From assembly GCA_963796455.1 (NCBI GenBank), contig CAWCLO010000001.1, positions 64,001 to 128,000 of the forward strand: 64,000 nt of DNA, written 5' to 3'. The position numbers and the translations under genes were made by a program. Every line of letters starts with the position of its first letter. Position 1 is the first letter of the stretch. Under the pieces are notes generated by a model that did no database searches, was not told where the DNA came from, and worked only from the letters and a program-made list of their open reading frames with translations. The DNA comes from Candidatus Sulfomarinibacteraceae bacterium. Lineage in GTDB: Bacteria; Acidobacteriota; Thermoanaerobaculia; Thermoanaerobaculales; Sulfomarinibacteraceae. Shown here piece after piece: positions 23,501-31,799 of this stretch.

Positions 23501-23765
23501 GGAGCAATCGGTGCGCTCCGACGTGATCGCCGGGCGCAGTCTGATCGAGCAGGCTCTGGCCCGCAATCCCGAGTCGGCCAACTCCAGGGTCACCGACGCA
23601 GCGCTGGCGACAATTCAGGCCTCGGCCGAAAACGACTCCGTCGTGCGCTCGGCCCTGCTGGCTGACGCCAACACCCTCCTGGACGAGGCACTCCAGATCA
23701 ACCCCCTTCTTGAACGCGAGACTGAAGCGCTGCGAGAGCGCATAAAATTTCTCGAATCCCAGTAA
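20505..23765 (+). CDS. Hanks-type Ser/Thr protein kinase with a hydrophobic segment and C-terminal TPR repeats
   Basis: IGRGGMGDV, VALK, HRDIKPANIL, VDFGIAR, GTPAFCSPEQ, TDVYGLG; TPR-like repeats (AHNNLGIAL, AYANRGLA). Confidence 0.93.
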   Translation: MTTDKEHRDQREPASDAEQVLELAAKRGLISEEDAESTIAEVRARLVDAGLYDVEEPSVQIVLPDHLFEDGTLAQLARELGLDDADWLREPAPGSARSSDPFEVFPVANWGRYEFVEFIGRGGMGDVFKALDTSLGRHVALKFLRRDDPEQIKRFTREARVQAKVDHENLCPVYEVGEVEGLSYIAMQYISGGSIKEVADLLSIEEKVAIMVDVADALHAAHQAGLIHRDIKPANILVERNADGTWHPYVVDFGIAREVDTPHDLTVSGMVLGTPAFCSPEQVRGEISKLDRRTDVYGLGATLYWLLTGQSPYAGAYPEIISGVSERDPTPPHRINRSIPVDLETIVLKCLEKDQDRRYASAREASEDLRRFLAGEPIAARPAGILYKLGKRIRRYPGLTAVILIAVIAFAALGFLSLRTNLRTRQQAAIAQNLTEQVKEIEGFARVAAMMPPHDRSAEREIILQRMSEIENEMNRIGEISAGPASYALGRGYMTLENDQEARRHLERAINQGYSSAGVNYALGMVLGRLYKDELDLARRIENTELRSARIEKVENDLREPALAYLRSGRTTSSDGAGYAEALIAFFGGQLEEALAATREAYENENWLYEAKRLEGDILLEIGAERRLLGDTEGALDVLDAAGQAFALASDIARSDPSVHEGECARWTEILEIRSRRGAAVVDAFEQAVAACDRALEIDPNRAAIHERLSHLYWRWADIVNDRGGEPGPFLTQSIASADRAIAVDQSSVAAYSTRGGALTVAALGEAAKGEDPRPTLRRAIESFESAIEIDPGAVLAHDDLGYAWELLARHEMTRGVDPRNALDRATASFRRAADLNPRYANAHNNLGIALWRRAVYLMRSGGDPRSTLTESFAAFDAAIERNPDYAYAYANRGLAGRYLAKFELLRDTDPSAAVDRARNDLGRALSLNPQIFWAYPERAAAELLAAQWAIRNGTSPAGQLSAAAAAAEKALAANPQNSVAYQSSAEVHRWRAEWLLAQEQSVRSDVIAGRSLIEQALARNPESANSRVTDAALATIQASAENDSVVRSALLADANTLLDEALQINPLLERETEALRERIKFLESQ

Positions 23766-23784
23766 GATCAACAGAGGAGACCCC

Positions 23785-24363
23785 ATGAGAAACCTGACCT
23801 CAGCCATAGTCATCGTCTTGGCCCTGGCGTCGCTCGGCGCCACTAAGACAAAGGCCTATGTGGATTTTGACCGATCGGTCGACTTTCAATCCCTTCGAAC
23901 CTTCGCCTACATCGATACCCTCGAAACCTCGGTCGCCGAGCAAGCACCGCCGGTCCACGAGATGATCAAGCTGATCATCGTCAACAGATTCAAAAAGGGC
24001 GGCATGCAGGAGGTCGGCGAAAACGAAAACCCCGATATCTTGATCACCTACCACACCGACACCAATCAGGCCATGCGGATGAACACCACGCTATACCAGT
24101 ACCACTACAGTGCGAATTGGTATTGGAGCCCACTGTGGGGCAGCGGGATGGACGTCTCGAGCTACAGCCGCGGCACCCTGATCATCGATGCGTGGGTCCC
24201 AAAAACCAATACCCTGATCTGGCGCGGCACCGTTATTGGAATCGTTCCAGATGACCCGAGCCCGAAGAAGGCCCGTTCGACCATTGAAAAGGCGATCGAG
24301 AAGATCGCGAAAGAGTGGAAAAAGCACCGGAACGACCCACCACCAGTGCCGCCCTCCGAATAG
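23785..24363 (+). CDS. DUF4136-family exported protein
   Basis: Signal peptide, VDFDRSVDFQSLRTFAY, YSRGTLIIDAW, LIWRG. Confidence 0.75.
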   Translation: MRNLTSAIVIVLALASLGATKTKAYVDFDRSVDFQSLRTFAYIDTLETSVAEQAPPVHEMIKLIIVNRFKKGGMQEVGENENPDILITYHTDTNQAMRMNTTLYQYHYSANWYWSPLWGSGMDVSSYSRGTLIIDAWVPKTNTLIWRGTVIGIVPDDPSPKKARSTIEKAIEKIAKEWKKHRNDPPPVPPSE

Positions 24364-24469
24364 CGATCGAGGGTTCAGGAGGCTGGATTGCTGCTGTCCG
24401 AGACGGCGTCACGAACAAGGGTGATGCTCAAAGACGGATGCAGCACGCACGGGCGCACGGTACGGAGTG

Positions 24470-25095
24470 ACCGCAGATCACGCAGATGAACGCAGATCAA
24501 TTCGGGACCGATAATTTGTGTTTGTCTGCGTTATCTGCAGTTTTCCAGCCTTTGGGTGGGGGACCTGATCCCTGCACACGAGCGGTCTCCCCTTCCCACT
24601 TTCGTCAACGGGAAAGGAACGGTCCTTCAAGATGTCATCCTGAGCGAGGCCGTCCGACGGCCGAGTCGAAGGACCCGTTCGACTCGCGTCGCTCGCTCAG
24701 GGCAGGTTCTGCGGCCTTGGGTTTCTTCCGCGTGCGCCATAGATCCTTCGACTACGCCCTTGGAGGGCTCCGCTCAGGATGACATCGGGAGGCGACACGC
24801 GCATTGAGGAACAATTTGTGCCGGGTGGTTTTCCCTTTCTCCTCCGCCCCTCTGCCCCTCTGCCATGTAGGAGGTTGTAAACTCCGAACTCCGAACTCCG
24901 AACTCCGAACTCCGAATTCCGAACTGAACCCCCTCTCTCCTCCGCCTCTCGCCAATAGTGGCCATGCCGAAAATTCGAAATTCGAAATCCCAAATCCGAA
25001 ATCGATCTGGATTCCCCCTTCTCCCTTTCTCCCTTTCTCCCTTTCTCCCTTCTCCCTTTCCCCCTTTCTCCCCTTCTCCCTTTCCCCCTTTCGGG
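24470..25095. repeat. Mosaic intergenic repeat region
   Basis: Inverted CGCAGAT arms (24470-24542), palindromic MITE, (CCCTCTGC)n, (AACTCCG)5, (AAATTCG/AAATCCG)n and (CCCTTTCT)n modules. Confidence 0.85.
24631..24786. mobile_element. Palindromic MITE-like element, copy 1
   Basis: 16-bp perfect terminal inverted repeat GATGTCATCCTGAGCG/CGCTCAGGATGACATC, with inner GTCGAAGGA/TCCTTCGAC arms. Confidence 0.7.
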
Positions 25096-25192
25096 ATCCG
25101 TATCCACAGCGAGGGTTCGAAAGCGATAGCGCAGGATCGTACAGAATCAAACTCCGGCGGCGTTGAGAAAACCGTGCGCTAAACTGGACTCT

Positions 25193-27682
25193 ATGGCTCT
25201 ACCGCGATTTCGCTCCAATCTCCAGGACTCGCTCGGCAAACTGGCGAGGCACGAATATCAATCGGCGGAGGAATGCGACGCCCTCCTCCAGACCCTCTTT
25301 GAAGCCCAGAACATCAAGCCCAAAGACGTGGTGTGGATGGCATTTCGCGCGGAACGACCCCTCCGCGATGCATCGGTTCGCCTCCTTCGGCGATTGCGAA
25401 CCACTGCGACGGTCAGTCAATTCGTAGCCGAAAGCAGAGGCAAATCCGAATCCTCCCTCCGCATGGCCGCCGAGATTCTCTTTGGGCTTCGCATTCCGGA
25501 CATCGAGGCATATCTCATCGCTTTGCTGAGTGCGGAGGATGAGGCGGTCCGCGATGCCACCCGCAGGTTGATTTTCGAGGCTCCGACCACCGAGTCGATG
25601 CAGACCCTTTTCTGGCGGCTTGTCGAAACCAGCCCGACCGAAGACCGCAACATCTTTCTCGAACGTCTGGCCTCCCTCGATTTCAATCCCGACTCCCTTC
25701 CACGCTGGAGTCAACTTGTATCAGACGAGGACTCGAGGGTCCGGGCGACCGCACTCCGATTCCTTGCCGACAATTGCGCGGAAGATTCCGTCGATCTGAT
25801 CGTCGACCATCTGCCACGGGTCGACTACGCGACCCAACAGCACCTCATCGAAGCCCTCAGCCGGGTCGCCCTTTCGCTCGGGCCGGGTTTTGTCGACCGC
25901 CTGCTCCCTTTGATGGCGTCGGGAGAAGCAGGCACCCGATCGGCGGTGATCAAGGTCCTGCTCAGCATGGACAACCGCCACGAATTGGTGAAGAGCTACC
26001 TCAAATTTTCGAAAACCCTCGCCGGATGGGCCCGCGATCGCGCCCTCGACTCGATGCGAGAGTTCGGCGACGATCTGGTGGAACCCACCCTCGAACTCCT
26101 CAACGACAGCGACGAGGAGATACGCGCGCTGGCGCTGGTGGTGGCAGGCTCCTTCGACGATCCTCGAATCATCCCGGCCACGATCGGTCTTCTCAAGGAC
26201 CCCGACTGGTGGCTCCGGGTGACCGCAGCCGACACCCTCGGCAGATTCCATGATGCGAGCGCCGTCGACGCCCTGATCGCGACTCTCGATGACCCGGAGG
26301 CTCGATGGTCGGCGGTCGAGGCCCTCGGCCGCATCGGCGATCCACGATCGCTGCAGGCCCTGGCCAAGCTCTTCGCCGACCCCGCACCCGAGGTCCGAAT
26401 CGAGGTCTTGCTGGCGCTGCGAAAGTTCAATCACCCGAAGATCCTCGAAGCACTGCAAAAGGTGGCGGCCACCGATCCTGACCGAAACGTCCGCAGCCGG
26501 GCCCTGGAGATCACCGAGGAGGTTGCGCGACGTGACAACACCCAGGTCGCTGATGCAGACGGCCTACGCGCCAAGGCGCTCCGAGTCGAGGCGGGAGAAA
26601 ACGAGCCGCGTCTGCACGAATTGCTCGCGCAGACTCGCAATAAGGGCGCCTCCGATTTTCACCTGGCGGTGGGTCTACCACCGATGGTTCGCGAATCGAT
26701 CCGGTTGGTTCCCATGAAGGGCGCGCCATTCTCCGCGGATGAAACCGAAAAAATGGTGCGCGAAATCCTGACCGAGGACCAACTCCGGCGTCTGGACGAG
26801 GAACAACAGCTCGATCTGTGTTACTTCGTCCCGGGGGCAGGCCGCTATCGAGGCAACATTTTTCTCGATCACAAAGGTCTGAACGCGGTCTTCCGTGTCA
26901 TACCTGAACAACCACCGACGATCGAGGAGATCGGTCTCCCCGGCCATCTCGCCGAAATCGCCTCGCACCACCAGGGCCTCGTCCTTGTGTGTGGTCCGAC
27001 CGGCTGCGGCAAGACCACCACCCTGGCGGCTCTCGTCAACCTTTTCAACGAAACACGACAGGCCCACATCATCACGCTCGAGGAACCGGTGGAGTTCGTC
27101 CACCCGTTCAAAAACTGTCTCGTCAACCAACGTGAGATCGGGGCTGACACCGAGTCCTACGCCCGGGCCCTCCGCGGTGCGCTCCGCGAAGACCCGGATG
27201 TCATCGTCATCGGAGATCTGCGCGACAACGAGTCCATTTCACTCGCGCTGACGGCCGCAGAAACCGGACACATCGTACTCGGCACCCTCAGCTCGACCAC
27301 CGCGCCAAAGGCGATCGATCGCATCATCACCAGCTTTCCCCACAAAGAGCAGCCACAGGTCCGAATCGCCCTGGCCGAATCACTCAAGTACATCATCGCG
27401 CAACGTCTCCTACCCATCCAAGGAACCCGCGAGCGGATCGCCTGCTTCGAGATCCTCATCGGCACCATGTCGGTCACCAACCTGATTCAGGACGAAAAAA
27501 CCTACCAGTTGACCTCCGCCATGCAGCTGGGCAAAACCCAGGGGATGCAGACCTTTGACGACGGCCTCCGGCGCCTGGTGCGGTCCGGCAAGATCACGGC
27601 GGAAGATGCCTACCTGCACGCGACGAATCGGGAGGAGTTCGAAGCGATGGTTTCGGAAGAATTTCTCGCGGAGAGGGGCTGA
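25193..27682 (+). CDS. HEAT-repeat domain fused to a PilT/PilU-family ATPase
   Basis: N-terminal ~480 aa of HEAT_2-like repeats (DPDWWLRVTAADTLG, DPAPEVRIEVLLAL); then GASDFHL, GPTGCGKTT, TLEEPVE, LREDPDVIVIGDLRD, GMQTFD. Confidence 0.9.
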   Translation: MALPRFRSNLQDSLGKLARHEYQSAEECDALLQTLFEAQNIKPKDVVWMAFRAERPLRDASVRLLRRLRTTATVSQFVAESRGKSESSLRMAAEILFGLRIPDIEAYLIALLSAEDEAVRDATRRLIFEAPTTESMQTLFWRLVETSPTEDRNIFLERLASLDFNPDSLPRWSQLVSDEDSRVRATALRFLADNCAEDSVDLIVDHLPRVDYATQQHLIEALSRVALSLGPGFVDRLLPLMASGEAGTRSAVIKVLLSMDNRHELVKSYLKFSKTLAGWARDRALDSMREFGDDLVEPTLELLNDSDEEIRALALVVAGSFDDPRIIPATIGLLKDPDWWLRVTAADTLGRFHDASAVDALIATLDDPEARWSAVEALGRIGDPRSLQALAKLFADPAPEVRIEVLLALRKFNHPKILEALQKVAATDPDRNVRSRALEITEEVARRDNTQVADADGLRAKALRVEAGENEPRLHELLAQTRNKGASDFHLAVGLPPMVRESIRLVPMKGAPFSADETEKMVREILTEDQLRRLDEEQQLDLCYFVPGAGRYRGNIFLDHKGLNAVFRVIPEQPPTIEEIGLPGHLAEIASHHQGLVLVCGPTGCGKTTTLAALVNLFNETRQAHIITLEEPVEFVHPFKNCLVNQREIGADTESYARALRGALREDPDVIVIGDLRDNESISLALTAAETGHIVLGTLSSTTAPKAIDRIITSFPHKEQPQVRIALAESLKYIIAQRLLPIQGTRERIACFEILIGTMSVTNLIQDEKTYQLTSAMQLGKTQGMQTFDDGLRRLVRSGKITAEDAYLHATNREEFEAMVSEEFLAERG

Positions 27683-27685
27683 TCG

Positions 27686-28792
27686 ATGGCCGAACACAAA
27701 CGCGTCGATCGTTTCCTGCAACTCATGAACGACCGCGGAGCCTCCGATCTTCATTTTTCGGTCGGTCGTCCACCCATGTTGCGGGTTGGAGGATCGATGG
27801 AGCAGATCCGCTATCGCACGGTGAAAGAGCTCGACTATGTCGACCTCATCAAACCCATCTCTCCTACAGCTCGCTGGCAGCAATTCGAAGAAACGGGCGA
27901 CACGGATTTCTCCTACGAACTCGAAGATGTCGGACGCTTTCGGGTCAATCTTTTCCGCCAGCAGCGTGGATCGGGCGCGGTTTTTCGGATCATTCCATCA
28001 AAGATCATGACCATCGAACAGCTCAGTCTGCCACCACAGCTGCGACGTCTGGCCGATATCCGGAGCGGCATGGTCATCGTCACCGGTCCCACCGGTTCGG
28101 GAAAATCGACCACCCTGGCAGCCATCATCGATCTCATCAACGAGACCAAGAGCTACCACATTGTGACGATCGAAGACCCCATCGAGTTCGTGCACGCCAA
28201 CAAGGAGTGTCTGATCCACCAGCGCGAGGTCGGGACCCACGCAGCGTCCTTCGCCGATGCCCTGCGCGCCGCCGGCCGCGAAGACCCCGATCTCGTCCTG
28301 GTCGGCGAATTGCGAGATCTCGAGACCATCTCGATGGCGTTGTCCGCCGCGGAACGCGGCACCATCGTCTTTGCGACCTTGCACACCAACAACGCCATCA
28401 AGACCGTGGACCGAATTATTTCGGTATTCCCAGCCGGTGAACAGGAAGGGGCGCGCAACGTCCTCGCCGAAGGCCTGCAATCGATCGTGTCGCAGCAGCT
28501 GATGCCAAAGATCGGTGGCGGGCGGGCGGCGGCGGTCGAGATCGTTTTCATGTCGCCGGCCATCTCGAATCTCATTCGGCGTGGCAAGACCCAACAGATC
28601 ACTTCACTCATCCAGGGAGGGGTGAATCAGGGCATGATCGATATGGACACCTCGATTCGCGCCCTTTACGACGAGGGAATCGTGACCGCCCAGGCGGCCT
28701 ACGACAAGGCGATCGACAAGGAATTGTTCAAGGACATCATGGACGAGGGCGGCGGAGGGGCTCCCGCAGACCAGCCACCATCGGAATCCTGA
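27686..28792 (+). CDS. pilT: PilT/PilU-family retraction-type ATPase
   Basis: GASDLH, RFRVNLF, GPTGSGKSTT, TIEDPIE, EDPDLVLVGELRD, TLHT, AISNLIR. Confidence 0.88.
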   Translation: MAEHKRVDRFLQLMNDRGASDLHFSVGRPPMLRVGGSMEQIRYRTVKELDYVDLIKPISPTARWQQFEETGDTDFSYELEDVGRFRVNLFRQQRGSGAVFRIIPSKIMTIEQLSLPPQLRRLADIRSGMVIVTGPTGSGKSTTLAAIIDLINETKSYHIVTIEDPIEFVHANKECLIHQREVGTHAASFADALRAAGREDPDLVLVGELRDLETISMALSAAERGTIVFATLHTNNAIKTVDRIISVFPAGEQEGARNVLAEGLQSIVSQQLMPKIGGGRAAAVEIVFMSPAISNLIRRGKTQQITSLIQGGVNQGMIDMDTSIRALYDEGIVTAQAAYDKAIDKELFKDIMDEGGGGAPADQPPSES

Positions 28793-28807
28793 TCTTCGGA
28801 CAGGTTT

Positions 28808-28868
28808 GGACGCTCGATGCTCGACACTCGATGCTCGACGCTCGATGCTGGATGCTGGATGCTGGATC
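28808..28868. repeat. (GATGCTC/GATGCTG)n heptamer array
   Basis: Tandem degenerate 7-mers; another (GATGCTG)n at ~29303-29328. Confidence 0.7.
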
Positions 28869-28915
28869 ACTGCTGTCCAAAACAGATCGTCACCTGAAGT
28901 TAGGCAACTGAAACA

Positions 28916-29302
28916 CGTGGTTTACGGGTTGGTTTTTGGCATATCCGGTTCGCGGTTGGCCCGTACCCGATTCCGATCCCGATCCCGAATTGCAGCGGCG
29001 GCGACAGTGTCTAGCGACCGGGTTCAGCGATCGGTGTTCAGCGGCAGCGATCAGGAGTCCTGGCGACGAAGTGGCCTCCTCCGGGTGGTTCAACAGAAGG
29101 AACAGCCGTTGTGGTGTAGGCGTCTCGCCTGCACACCGTGCGGCCGAGACGGCCGCACCACAAAGGCCGGAGCCCGAAGAAGTGAATGCTGTTCGCTGTC
29201 CCGGCCGCTGATCACTGACGCTGATGACTGATTGCTGCCGCTGACTCCTGATCTCTGTCGCTGTCCCTGTTCGTTATCCGAGAACCTGTCTTGGACAAGA
29301 GT
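28916..29302 (+). repeat. Dispersed ~0.4 kb structured element, copy 2
   Basis: Near-identical to copy 1 (reverse complement) over about 29040-29200; shares the 5' GGTTTTTGGCATATCCGGTT segment with copy 3. Confidence 0.85.
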
Positions 29303-29411
29303 GATGCTGGATGCTGGATGCTGGATGCGACAAACGCATTTTTTCTGACCATCCATGTCAACCGGTGGGCGGGTAATTCGAGTATCCAGAATCTAGTATC
29401 TAGTATCCCGA

Positions 29412-30251
29412 TCACGCCCCAGGACAAACATTCGTGACAAAGTCGTGAATTGCTCGAAAGTAATCCTCTCCCCCCACCAGCCAGGTCTCGTTGTGACCCG
29501 CTCCCAGGACCTCGTGAAATAACCTGGGTTCGGAGGCCGCTTCGAAGAGTTTCCGGCCCAATTCGAAAGGCACGACCTCGTCTGTTTTTGAGTGGATGAA
29601 GAGTTTGGGGCTCGTGACGAACGGGATCTTGGCCAACGAGTTCATCCTGGTCCGGATCAAAAAGCGGGGCACAAAGGGATAATGTCTGCCGGCCATTTCC
29701 GGGATCGAGGTGAAGCTCGACTCGACGATCAATCCGGCCGCATCAACTTCCATGGCGAGATCCACCGCCACGGCACCGCCGAGTGATTTGCCAAAGATGA
29801 CCACGTCCTCCGGTCTGGTCCCACCGGTTGCAGCCACATCGTTCCACGCCGCGCGTGCATCAAGAAACAAACCCGACTCGGATGGCTTTCCTTCACTCCG
29901 ACCATAACCACGATAGCCCGCCACAAAAACCTGAGCGCCGACCCTCTGACAAAGCATCATCGCGAGCTCGGCCCGGTGGCTCAGATTGCCGGCGTTGCCG
30001 TGAAAGAAAAGAAGGACCGGATCCCTCTCTCCCCCTTCCGTGCGCCGGACCCACCAACTGTGGAGCCGGACGCCGTCGACCGCAGCATAGTTTCGATCTT
30101 CTATGACGCATCCGGTGCCGCTCGCCACCACCTCCACATCCCAAAGCCCGTCGGGGTAGCGGGTCGGGAAAAAAATCAACGAGCGTTCAAAGAGAGCCAT
30201 GAGCACGATCATGATAACGAAGCTCAGGACGGCAACGGCGAGGAATTTCAC
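29412..30251 (-). CDS. Alpha/beta hydrolase (ABHD13/Bem46-like)
   Basis: FFHGNAGN, YRGYGRSEG, GKSLGG, HSKTDEVVP, GAGHN. Confidence 0.9.
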   Translation of the reverse strand: MKFLAVAVLSFVIMIVLMALFERSLIFFPTRYPDGLWDVEVVASGTGCVIEDRNYAAVDGVRLHSWWVRRTEGGERDPVLLFFHGNAGNLSHRAELAMMLCQRVGAQVFVAGYRGYGRSEGKPSESGLFLDARAAWNDVAATGGTRPEDVVIFGKSLGGAVAVDLAMEVDAAGLIVESSFTSIPEMAGRHYPFVPRFLIRTRMNSLAKIPFVTSPKLFIHSKTDEVVPFELGRKLFEAASEPRLFHEVLGAGHNETWLVGGEDYFRAIHDFVTNVCPGA

Positions 30252-30271
30252 CGGCTCAGCCTAGCAGGGGC

Positions 30272-30432
30272 ACGGGGAAGGGGGAAAGGGGGGACCCAGA
30301 AGGAATTCGGATTTCGGATTTCGGATTTCGGATTTAACAACTACCTATGTGGCAGAGGGGCAGAGTCCTCAGCTCGATCGGGGTGAAGGGCGGGTCTCCC
30401 CTTCTCCCATGCTCCCTTTCTCCCCTGCTCCC
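30272..30432. repeat. Mosaic repeat module (inverted relative of 24841-24930)
   Basis: (GATTTCG)n followed by ACAACTACCTATGTGGCAGAGGGGCAGAG; its reverse complement resembles CTCTGCCCCTCTGCCATGTAGGAGGTTGT at ~24850. Confidence 0.7.
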
Positions 30433-30459
30433 TTTCGGGCGCGGGTACAGGGCGGGAAA

Positions 30460-30536
30460 TGGCGGGGCTAGGAGGACTCGAACCTCCGACCTTGAGTTTA
30501 GGAAACTCCTGCTCTATCCACCTGAGCCATAGCCCC
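30460..30536 (-). tRNA. tRNA-Arg(CCT)
   Basis: GGGGCTA...TAGCCCC acceptor stem plus G-CCA; D-arm GCTCAGGTGGATAGAGC; anticodon loop TTCCTAA; GGTTCGAGTCC T-loop. Confidence 0.96.
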
Positions 30537-30552
30537 GCTCGGAGGAGAGCTG

Positions 30553-30581
30553 ATGCTATTGATCCTTGTTCGTCGTGTCAA
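30553..30581 (-). promoter_or_regulatory. Sigma70-type promoter of tRNA-Arg
   Basis: TTGACA-17 bp-TAGCAT directly upstream of the tRNA. Confidence 0.7.
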
Positions 30582-30602
30582 TGCTCCACCGCCGGTCGCA
30601 CA

Positions 30603-30703
30603 AGGTTTGAGGTTTGAGGTCTGAGTTTGAGTTGACTGTCTTCAGACCGGTCACGAAGCCGACAGTCCGAAACTCATAACTCAAAACTCATAACTCAACA
30701 CTC
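30603..30703. repeat. Inverted heptamer arrays (TTTGAGG/TTTGAGT versus AACTCAT/AACTCAA)
   Basis: Opposed tandem arrays with a GACTGTC...GACAGTC inner stem, forming a long hairpin. Confidence 0.65.
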
Positions 30704-30707
30704 CTCA

Positions 30708-31799
30708 TCACTGAGGCACAGCGGCCCCGTCGACCCACAGCTTGCCGGGAAGGCACAATGCGAAGTGCAGGCCATCCTTCTCGAGGTTCGGGATCCACAG
30801 GGGCAGGCCGCGCCGCGCGGCGGCCTCGGCGAGGTGCGTCAGCAACAACCCGGCCGGCGTACCCGGGCGCAGATCCCGGGTGACCCAACCCGGAACCCTG
30901 ACCGCAGCAAGGCCGTCAGCCGCAGCCACATCGTCAATCGAGAGCACCTCTTCGACCTTGTCTGCATCGTTATTTTCGTCGATGATCCATCGGCCCCGCT
31001 CACCGCCATCCATCACCGGCCGCGCCATCCAACCGGACCCACCCCTCGCGTCTCCGTCCAATCCCCACCACCCGATGTGCTCACCGCCAGGCAATTCACG
31101 AACCGGCGAGAGGCTCCGAACGCCCGCCAGCTCCTCGGCTGGAGCATCCATCACCAGCGCACGATAGACGGCGCCGAGTACATCGTCATCCGCCGGCTGG
31201 ATCCGGGACAGGCATAGATCCGGTGTCGGCCCATCGATTCCATCCACCACTGTCTGCCAATGCAACCGGATCTGTTCCGCGTCGATCCCCTCACCAACCA
31301 CCAGTGCCGGCCACGAGACGACAGCTGGCGCGGCGCCGAGATTCAAGGAGAGATCGTGGAGCATGGTCGCGAGCCTTTGCGGCCCCAGTTGCCGCCGCCA
31401 GAACGAGAGGTCGGGAAAGCTCACCAACGCGAGCTGCGGGACCTTCAAGAGCAACGAGACCAGTGAGGCATCACCAGCCGATGGTTCCGGAGTCGTCGAT
31501 CCCGCCGCTTCCAGGGCCTCCAGGATTCCGAGGGACGAGGTCGGGAGCCAGACGGCACCTCCGACGCCAAGCCGGAGCGCCATTACGAGAGAGCCCTCAT
31601 CGGCCACGGCCGCCACCGATCGAGAGCGGTCTTCGGCGGATTCTGCGGCCATGGCTGCGATCCAGTCGGAATTCCCATCGTCGATGGCGAAACACTGCGG
31701 GCGGAAGGCGCCGCCCGCAAGAACCCCTTCGAGCACGCTGAGCGAGGCCTCGCGAACTGCGTCGCCCGGATTGCCCAGAATCCTCATCTCAGCCACCAT
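30708..31799 (-). CDS. Hypothetical protein; appears to be a degenerate REC-GGDEF-EAL composite
   Basis: Start MVAEMR overlaps the acyP end; segments resemble the REC C-half, GGDEF N-helix and EAL start/end, but lack catalytic motifs. Confidence 0.6.
   Translation of the reverse strand: MVAEMRILGNPGDAVREASLSVLEGVLAGGAFRPQCFAIDDGNSDWIAAMAAESAEDRSRSVAAVADEGSLVMALRLGVGGAVWLPTSSLGILEALEAAGSTTPEPSAGDASLVSLLLKVPQLALVSFPDLSFWRRQLGPQRLATMLHDLSLNLGAAPAVVSWPALVVGEGIDAEQIRLHWQTVVDGIDGPTPDLCLSRIQPADDDVLGAVYRALVMDAPAEELAGVRSLSPVRELPGGEHIGWWGLDGDARGGSGWMARPVMDGGERGRWIIDENNDADKVEEVLSIDDVAAADGLAAVRVPGWVTRDLRPGTPAGLLLTHLAEAAARRGLPLWIPNLEKDGLHFALCLPGKLWVDGAAVPQ

Noticed and set aside
24470..25095. Possible CRISPR array
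   Set aside because: Units are 6-10 nt tandem repeats without unique ~30-40 nt spacers, and no cas genes are in the window.
24697..25182. Low-complexity ORFs over the repeat tracts (also 33823-34539, 39388-40083, 43135-43873)
   Set aside because: Periodic peptides produced by 6-8-mer arrays; no coding signals.
28806..29231. Similar peptides (LRVVQQKEQPLWCRRLACTPCGRDGRTTKAGA) in ORFs at 18736-19257 and 28806-29231 as a small protein family
   Set aside because: Translation by-product of the DNA repeat; starts and frames are not conserved and copy 3 breaks it.
30272..30536. tRNA-Arg as the integration site of a genomic island
   Set aside because: No integrase nearby and no duplicated tRNA 3' end noticed; flanking genes are housekeeping.
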